This document shows, one piece after another, positions 1-6,113 of a stretch of 17,071 bases of DNA. The notes under the pieces were generated by a model that was given only the letters and a program-made list of their open reading frames with translations, did no database searches and had not been told where the DNA came from. The translations under genes were made by a program, and so were the position numbers. The stretch is taken from positions 1 to 17,071 of the forward strand of contig CBFIJD010000053.1 in the NCBI GenBank assembly GCA_965662845.1, given 5' to 3'. The stretch is from an uncultured bacterium. GTDB taxonomy: Bacteria; SAR324; NAC60-12. Within the stretch, counting starts at the first letter, position 1; each line of letters opens with the position of its first letter.

Positions 1-321
1 TATAGGAACGGATTGCGCCATCGCGAAGATGGGGCAGCTGTTGAATATGAAGATGGACCCAAAGCATGGTTTCTGGAGGGCGAGGAGATGACCGAAGAAG
101 AGCACGCGGAAAGGATAAAGAAGCCCGAACTTGACCCCATCGTTGAGGCAGTTAGAGATAAGTTCCTAAGTCGCTCAGAGGCAGGCCAGCGGAAGTATAA
201 TGCGATGCTAGACAGGGACGATTTGTCTCGTGAGCAGTGGCTGGCTCACCTGCAGGAAGAGCTGATGGACGCTGTGAACTATATCGAAGTGCTGTTGAGC
301 AAAACACCACCAACCCAATGA
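1..321 (+). CDS. 5'-truncated protein: HREDG-type repeat unit fused to a MazG-like all-alpha nucleotide pyrophosphohydrolase-like domain
   Basis: Frame is open from base 1 (YRNGLRHREDGAAVEYEDGPKAWFLEG). The C-terminal RSEAGQRKYNAMLDRDDL...WLAHLQEELMDAVNY has an EExxD metal-binding pattern. Stop overlaps the next ATG (ATGA 318-321). Confidence 0.55.
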   Translation, partial: YRNGLRHREDGAAVEYEDGPKAWFLEGEEMTEEEHAERIKKPELDPIVEAVRDKFLSRSEAGQRKYNAMLDRDDLSREQWLAHLQEELMDAVNYIEVLLSKTPPTQ

Positions 322-791
322 GGAATATGCCTGGACCGATGAAAGCGAACCCGCCGTACGACCTCGCTGAGATCTGCGACCGGCTGACCAACGGAGACAC
401 CCTGCAGAACATGGCCCGTGAACGCGGCGTCGGAGTCCCCGCGATGTGGGAGTGGTTGAATCATCCCTCGCGGAAGGACGCCTACCGTGAAGCTCTCCGA
501 GCACGAGGAGTCCTGCATGCGATGCAGACGGAGCAGTATGTCAGCGATATGCTGAATCAGAAAATCGACCCGAAAGCCGCTGACATCGCGATCCGTGCCT
601 CGCAATGGATGGCGAGCAAGTTAGTCCCTGAGCTGTTCGGTGACCGCAGGGACACGACCATCACGGTCAATGACGAGCAGACTAAGCATTTGCAGGCGGT
701 GAAAGCCCGCATGGTCAAGCGGATTGAGGACAGTAAGAATAAGGGCGAAGACGGGGGTGGAACCGAAAAATCGGGCGCCGACTCCAAATAA
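318..791 (+). CDS. terS: Terminase small subunit (Sf6-like); start could be 318, 327 or 339
   Basis: HTH-like ICDRLTNGDTLQNMAR...MWEWL and C-terminal QWMASKLVPELFGDR, typical of Sf6-type TerS. Lies directly upstream of terL. Confidence 0.85.
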   Translation: MRNMPGPMKANPPYDLAEICDRLTNGDTLQNMARERGVGVPAMWEWLNHPSRKDAYREALRARGVLHAMQTEQYVSDMLNQKIDPKAADIAIRASQWMASKLVPELFGDRRDTTITVNDEQTKHLQAVKARMVKRIEDSKNKGEDGGGTEKSGADSK

Positions 792-893
792 CGCGCCCGC
801 GCACGCGACTCAACCGACCGCCGACCGGCTCTTCTTTGGGTTCGCGTTTTATCACCGCCAGACCGCATGATTGCTGGCCTCGTGATACAGCTT

Positions 894-921
894 ATGGACG
901 ATAAGGTATATTATCGAACAT
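894..921. other. dif-like 11-6-11 site (candidate tyrosine-recombinase site or dimeric-protein operator)
   Basis: ATGGACGATAA-GGTATA-TTATCGAACAT. The arms are inverted repeats at 9/11 positions. The central 14 nt match E. coli dif (ATAATGTATATTAT) at 13/14. Confidence 0.55.
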
Positions 922-959
922 ACGGTTTTATCAGCCGTGGGCTGGTGGACCTTGCGAGA

Positions 960-1033
960 CGCCCCCCGGGGGGCGGCGGAACCGGGGGCGGGTGCGCGCG
1001 CGCACCCCTCTACACCCCCCCCCCACTACCCCC
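960..1033. repeat. Two perfect GC palindromes plus poly-C tracts
   Basis: CGCCCCCCGGGGGGCG (960-975), GGGTGCGCGCGCGCACCC (990-1007), C10 (1015-1024), C5 (1029-1033). Confidence 0.9.
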
Positions 1034-1055
1034 TAAACTTTTGAAACAGACCCCT

Positions 1056-2444
1056 ATGTCCGAAAAAATCAATCTCGCTGAATCCGTGCTGGTCTACGAA
1101 TCCCGTCCTGCGGAGTTCGTTGAAGACTTACTGAACGTGACCCCTCAGGTCTGGCAGAGGTCGGTGATGGAAGCCGCAGCCAAAGGGGAGCGTCGGATCA
1201 GTGTGCGCTCAGGGCACGGCGTGGGGAAGTCCTCGTGCGCGTCGTGGCTGATGATCTGGTTCCTCCTGACGCGGTATCCGTGCAAGGTTGTGGTCACCGC
1301 CCCGACCGCATCTCAGTTGTTTGACGCCCTGTTCGCAGAGTGCAAGCGTTGGATCAAGGAGCTCCCCAGCCCGCTGAGAACCCTGCTGGAGCTAAAATCC
1401 GACCGCATCGAGTTGGCATCTTCCCCCACGGAGGCCTTTATCAGCGCGAGGACGTCTCGTGCGGAGTCCCCGGAGTCTCTCGCAGGAGTCCACTCCGAGC
1501 ACGTCCTGCTGGTCGTAGACGAAGCGTCAGGGGTGCCGGAGTCTGTGTTCGAGGCCGCGTACGGCTCGATGTCAGGCCACGATGCGACGACAATCCTCTT
1601 GGGGAACCCCACGCGCTCGACGGGGTACTTCTACGAGACCCACACACGTCTGAGGGACAGCTGGTGGACAAAGAGAGTCAGCTGCGAGGACTCCGACCTG
1701 GTGAGCGAGTCTTTCCTCACAGAGATGGCCGCGAAGTATGGGATGGACTCCAACGCCTACCGGGTGCGGGTGCTGGGGGAGTTCCCGCTTGCCGAGGACG
1801 ACACACTGATCAGCCTGCATGCTGTGGAGCTTGCCGCAGCGAGAGAGGTTCAGCAGCCGCCGTCGGTGCCTGTGGTCTGGGGCCTCGACGTGGCTCGGTA
1901 CGGAGACGACTGCAGCGTTCTCGCTGTCCGCAAAGGTCGCCAGCTGCAAGCTCTGCATTCATGGAAGAAGCTCAGCCTGATGGAACTCAGCGGGCGGGTG
2001 CTGGACTTGTGGAACACGACGAAGGTCAAACCAGAGGAGATCCTAATCGACAGCATTGGTCTGGGCGCAGGAGTGCTTGACCGCCTCAGGGAGTTGGGAG
2101 TCCCCGCAAGAGGGGTGAATGTTTCGGAGTCCCCAGCGATGACCGACCGCTACAGCAACCTCAGAGCAGAGCTGTGGGAGCGGACGAAGGAGTGGTTCAC
2201 GGAGGAGGTTGAGATCTTGAACAACGACAGCCTGATCGCAGACCTCACCGCTCCGAGGTACTCGTTCACGAGCAGCGGGAAGATGCTGGTGGAATCGAAA
2301 GCAGAGACCAAGAAGCGGCTCGGTCGTTCCACAGATTACGCCGATGCGTTAGTCCTGACGTTCGCGTCCAACGCCGCAGGTGCCGCCGGTCAGTACCGAA
2401 GACGGCACAAAGGCAGACGCAGAAAAGTGGCCGGTGTGGTCTAA
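1056..2444 (+). CDS. terL: Terminase large subunit
   Basis: Walker A SGHGVGKS, Walker B LLVVDEASG, coupling motif LLGNPTR, nuclease motifs GLDVARYGDD and DYADAL. Start placed at ATG 1056 (MSEKIN), because the 867 extension just translates the palindrome/poly-C region. Confidence 0.95.
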   Translation: MSEKINLAESVLVYESRPAEFVEDLLNVTPQVWQRSVMEAAAKGERRISVRSGHGVGKSSCASWLMIWFLLTRYPCKVVVTAPTASQLFDALFAECKRWIKELPSPLRTLLELKSDRIELASSPTEAFISARTSRAESPESLAGVHSEHVLLVVDEASGVPESVFEAAYGSMSGHDATTILLGNPTRSTGYFYETHTRLRDSWWTKRVSCEDSDLVSESFLTEMAAKYGMDSNAYRVRVLGEFPLAEDDTLISLHAVELAAAREVQQPPSVPVVWGLDVARYGDDCSVLAVRKGRQLQALHSWKKLSLMELSGRVLDLWNTTKVKPEEILIDSIGLGAGVLDRLRELGVPARGVNVSESPAMTDRYSNLRAELWERTKEWFTEEVEILNNDSLIADLTAPRYSFTSSGKMLVESKAETKKRLGRSTDYADALVLTFASNAAGAAGQYRRRHKGRRRKVAGVV

Positions 2445-2483
2445 AAGTCTTGCAACTTCGCGGGTCTGTTGTTCCAGTTTTGG

Positions 2484-2511
2484 TTAATTTGAATAACCCG
2501 AATTATCGGAG
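2484..2511. promoter_or_regulatory. Conserved intergenic motif, copy 1, ending in the portal RBS (GGAG)
   Basis: TTAATTTGAATAACCCGAATTATCGGAG is 22/28 identical to 9687-9714. Confidence 0.6.
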
Positions 2512-2520
2512 ACCCAACGT

Positions 2521-4698
2521 ATGCCTGAGACCGCAACCCCGATGACCGCTGACGACCTCAGCGCTTGGATCGCATCAACCGTGCAGGATGCGGTAGATTA
2601 CATCGACGACGAGGTCTCCCCAGAGCGAGCGAGCAGCTTCCGGTACTACATGGGGGCACCCTTCTCAGCCTCTGGGCACGCTCCCTCGGAGGAGGACGGA
2701 CGCTCTCAGGTCGTCAGCCGAGACGTACATGACGCGGTGCATGGCATCCTCCCCGCGCTGATGCGGGTGTTTTTCTCCCACGAGAGACCCTGTGAGTTCA
2801 TCCCCAGAGGCCCAGAGGATGTTGCCGGTGCCGTACAAGCTACGGAGCTGGTCACATGGCTGATGGAACAGAGCAGCGCTTACACAGTCTTCGCGGATGC
2901 ATTCAAAGACCTTTTGATCAAAGGCGAGGGAGTCGTCAAATGCTGGCACGAGGTGCAGTACGACATTCAGACACGCGAGCTGCAGCTGAACGAACTGCAG
3001 GTGGGCCTGTTCCTTCAGGAGGGATGGGAGGTGGTCAACAGCGAGCCCATCGAGGAGGCACCGGGTTTTTACAACGTCCAGCTGAGCAAACGCACACCCC
3101 GTGGAGAGATCCGTTTGGAGTGCCTGCCCCCAGAGGAGTTTTTGATCAACCGCACGGCGACGTCGGTAGATGACGCTAAGATTGTCGCTCACCGGCAGCT
3201 GCTGAGAGTCGGAGACCTCGTCGAGCTGGGCTACGACTACGAGCAGGTCATCCAGTTCAAAGGCTACGAAGATGACTTCCGCTCAAACGAGGAGTGGACT
3301 CTCCGGCACCCGAACTGGAGAGAGGAGGACGACACCGACTCTGACCCAGCGAACCGTCTGGTGGAGTACACCGAGGCTTTTGTGCGTGTGGACGCTGACG
3401 GGGACGGAATCCCCGAACTCCGCAGAATCTGCACGATTGGGAACGCGCACGAGATCTTGGTGAACGAGCCTGTGGACGCCCACCCGTTCCTTCTGATCCG
3501 GAAAGACCCGCTCCCCCACACATGGCGGGGGATGTCCCTATACGACGAACTCGCCGACATTCAGCGGATCAAGTCCGCGATCCTGCGGAACATGCTGGAC
3601 TCCCTGAGCCTCTCGACCCGACCACGGATCTCCTACCTTGAGAACGCCGTGGACTGGGAGGATCTCGCAAACGATGAGGTCGGAGCGCTCATCCCCATGC
3701 GTCAGGCAGGGGCGATCCAAATGCTGGAGATGCCGTTCGTGGGTGCTGCGGCGTTCCCCCTCCTGCAATATCTCGATAACGTAAAAGAGACGCGCACAGG
3801 GATCAGCCGTGCGTCACAGGGACTCGACGCCGAGCACCTGCAGTCCACCACAGCGGTCGCAGTCTCTGCGTCCCAGAAGGCAGCTCAGGCGCGTCTGGAG
3901 TTGATCGCACGGAACATCGCTGAGACCGGCTTCAAACCTTTGTACAGGCGCCTCCTCCGTCTAGTCCTCCAGCACATGGATCAGCCGACGGTCATGCGCC
4001 TCCGAAACGAGTTTGTTCCAGTCGATCCCAAGACGTTCTCAGACTACGACGTGCTGATCACTCTTCCACTAGGACGAGGTTCAGAGGAGGAACGACGAGG
4101 GGCCTTGCAGGCGTTGCTGGCCAAACAGGAGCAGCTGATCAGTCAGTACGGGCCGATGAACCCGATTGTAGGCCCGGAGCAGTACTACCAGACTCTCCAG
4201 CGTTCGTTTGCCGATCAGGGCTTGGGCGCCGAGGCAGGCTCGTACCTGCGACCACCTCAGCAGATGCAGGCCCTCCTCCAGCAACAGATGCAGCAGATGC
4301 AGGCCCAGCAAAACGAACCCCCGAAGCCGTCCCCGGAGGAGATGCTGGCTCAGGCAGAGATCCAACGGAAGCAGATCGAGGTCGCTCAGAGAGCAGAGGA
4401 GATGCGACGAGAAGATGACCGAAAACGCGATGAGATGGAGATCGACCTGTACCTGAAGCTGAAGGAGCTGAGCTTCAAATACGAGCAGCCGATTGATGCC
4501 TCACCCCTCCTCGATGCCCTGACCCGCAACCGAGAGCTGGAGCGAGTGGACCAGATCCGCCAGCAGCAGATGTACGAGCAACAAACCGCGCCTCGTCCAC
4601 CGCAGCAACCGCAACAGGCACCACAAAGACCGCCTCAGCAGCCCATGCAGCAACGCCCGATGCCGCAACCCATGCCGCAACCCACAGGACAGCGATGA
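2521..4698 (+). CDS. Portal protein (P22-like) with Q/P-rich C-terminal extension
   Basis: 725 aa directly after terL. Motifs GRSQVVSRDV, LPPEEF, DADGDGIPELRR, ETRTGISRASQGLD, and a Q-rich coiled-coil tail. Confidence 0.92.
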   Translation: MPETATPMTADDLSAWIASTVQDAVDYIDDEVSPERASSFRYYMGAPFSASGHAPSEEDGRSQVVSRDVHDAVHGILPALMRVFFSHERPCEFIPRGPEDVAGAVQATELVTWLMEQSSAYTVFADAFKDLLIKGEGVVKCWHEVQYDIQTRELQLNELQVGLFLQEGWEVVNSEPIEEAPGFYNVQLSKRTPRGEIRLECLPPEEFLINRTATSVDDAKIVAHRQLLRVGDLVELGYDYEQVIQFKGYEDDFRSNEEWTLRHPNWREEDDTDSDPANRLVEYTEAFVRVDADGDGIPELRRICTIGNAHEILVNEPVDAHPFLLIRKDPLPHTWRGMSLYDELADIQRIKSAILRNMLDSLSLSTRPRISYLENAVDWEDLANDEVGALIPMRQAGAIQMLEMPFVGAAAFPLLQYLDNVKETRTGISRASQGLDAEHLQSTTAVAVSASQKAAQARLELIARNIAETGFKPLYRRLLRLVLQHMDQPTVMRLRNEFVPVDPKTFSDYDVLITLPLGRGSEEERRGALQALLAKQEQLISQYGPMNPIVGPEQYYQTLQRSFADQGLGAEAGSYLRPPQQMQALLQQQMQQMQAQQNEPPKPSPEEMLAQAEIQRKQIEVAQRAEEMRREDDRKRDEMEIDLYLKLKELSFKYEQPIDASPLLDALTRNRELERVDQIRQQQMYEQQTAPRPPQQPQQAPQRPPQQPMQQRPMPQPMPQPTGQR

Positions 4699-6113
4699 GC
4701 AAACGCTACGGTTCCCGACGGAGCACGATTCAGACGCACGACGACTACGGCACTCGCCTCGGTGAGTTTGTGGACACGGTCACAGCGCTCAGCCCGTTGG
4801 CTCCCATGGCGGAGTCTCTGCTGTATGAAGAGGAGTACCCTGTCACCCCGTTCGCGAGCCCACGAGACCGCATGGCGAACCTCTTAGAGGAACCAGAATA
4901 TCAAGAGATGCTGATCGCAGGAGGAGAGACCGCAGGGGGCCTCCCTGTCGGGGCACTAGGTACGGTGATCGGAATGCGGGCGAAAAATTTCCCGGCGGAT
5001 TTAGGTAGGCGGTTCGAGGAGGTGGAAGCCGACGCCCTCCGTCGGTTCTCCGCAGACCCCTACATCCCTCGGAGTGATGTAGCGAAGGAGGCCAACCGTG
5101 AGGCCTTTTTAGAGACCGGTGTGTACCGTGGGCCTGACGGGAAACTGCGCTACGAGGTCGACGACTCCACATCGACCTACCTCGGAGGGACTGTGGGCGC
5201 CCCCTACCTATCGTCGGACGTCCTCCTACACCCGCAGCTCTACGATAACTATGAGGGGCTAGGGGATCTCTCTGTTCAAGGAGCCCACCTCCCCTCAAAT
5301 GCTCGTGGGGTCCATTTCCGTGGGGCCTCCCCAGACGATGGGAAAATCGCCCTCGCTGCGGATGTTTTCACAGACTCTGACGAAGGCCGCTCCATCTTGC
5401 TCCATGAGCTTCAGCACAACATCCAGCAACGAGAGGGGTTTGACGTCGGAGGCTCCCAAGATCGGATGCGTAAAGTCGCCAACGATCTTATCCGGAAAAA
5501 ACAAGACTTGGTCGATAAGTCTAAGGTCAGCGAATACAAAGCCTTTGAGCACAAACTAGGGAGCCTCTCCAGACTGGAAAACATCGCGTCTCTGCAAAAA
5601 CTACAAAACGCAGAGTCCCCCAGACCCAGCTTGCTGACCAAACGCTCGGACTTTTACGAGTCCGCTAATGAAATTCGGAGAACGCTGGGGGCCATGCCCA
5701 AGCGCGGGGAGGCCCGCTCTCAATGGATTCGTGACGCCGCTAAGATTCTCAAGGAAAAGGCCGAACAAGATCTAAAGGGCTACAATACGCTTAACGTCTA
5801 TTCAACAGACACAGACGCTAGCGATTTGTTGCGAGACCCCAAAAGGATCAAATCGGAGATCAAAAAGGCCCGCCGTCAAATAGAGGAACTAGAGCCCTTC
5901 AACCAAGCGGATAAAGAGTTTTGGCGCTTTTACGAGAAGTTTTCCCCTATGTCCAGCGGACAACTCTACCAACGAGCAGGCGGGGAAGCCGAGGCCCGCA
6001 TGGTCCAGAAACGCCGAGACTACAGCCCCTCTGAGCGCGCAGCGCGGTTCCCATTGGATGACTACGACGTCCCTTTAGATGAGATTCTCCCAACAGGATT
6101 GCTAGATGAGTAG
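4695..6113 (+). CDS. Shared-leader protein 1: LPD23-like domain plus zincin-like metallopeptidase
   Basis: ETGVYRGPDGKLRYEVDDS (5112-5168) resembles the LPD23 signature. HELQH (5403-5417) is an HExxH motif, with distal GEAEAR at 5982-5999. ATGA overlap with the portal stop. Confidence 0.75.
   Translation: MSKRYGSRRSTIQTHDDYGTRLGEFVDTVTALSPLAPMAESLLYEEEYPVTPFASPRDRMANLLEEPEYQEMLIAGGETAGGLPVGALGTVIGMRAKNFPADLGRRFEEVEADALRRFSADPYIPRSDVAKEANREAFLETGVYRGPDGKLRYEVDDSTSTYLGGTVGAPYLSSDVLLHPQLYDNYEGLGDLSVQGAHLPSNARGVHFRGASPDDGKIALAADVFTDSDEGRSILLHELQHNIQQREGFDVGGSQDRMRKVANDLIRKKQDLVDKSKVSEYKAFEHKLGSLSRLENIASLQKLQNAESPRPSLLTKRSDFYESANEIRRTLGAMPKRGEARSQWIRDAAKILKEKAEQDLKGYNTLNVYSTDTDASDLLRDPKRIKSEIKKARRQIEELEPFNQADKEFWRFYEKFSPMSSGQLYQRAGGEAEARMVQKRRDYSPSERAARFPLDDYDVPLDEILPTGLLDE
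4818..4904 (+). repeat. Coding repeat copy A (LLYEEEYPVTPFASPRDRMANLLEEPEYQ)
   Basis: 26/29 aa identical to the peptide encoded at 6232-6318. Confidence 0.95.

Noticed and set aside
237..317. Upstream extension of terS
   Set aside because: It overlaps the preceding CDS. The ATGA junction at 318-321 is a more plausible start region.
867..1055. N-terminal extension of terL in the ORF track
   Set aside because: It translates the dif-like site, palindromes and poly-C into PPGGGGTGGG/PPPLPP. ATG 1056 gives a normal-sized TerL.
1340..2080. 246-aa alternative-frame ORF inside terL, and the many minus-strand ORFs across the window
   Set aside because: R/G/A/P-rich shadow frames expected in GC-rich coding DNA, with no recognisable motifs, all overlapping well-supported genes.
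4580..4695. CAG/CCG-rich repeats at the end of the portal gene
   Set aside because: Explained by a Q/P low-complexity protein tail. There is no repeat-spacer structure, so it is not a CRISPR array.
5299..5559. Possible nested partner ORF within the metallopeptidase gene
   Set aside because: S/T/P-rich shadow composition, and it overlaps the catalytic HExxH region, unlike the 7982 ORF.
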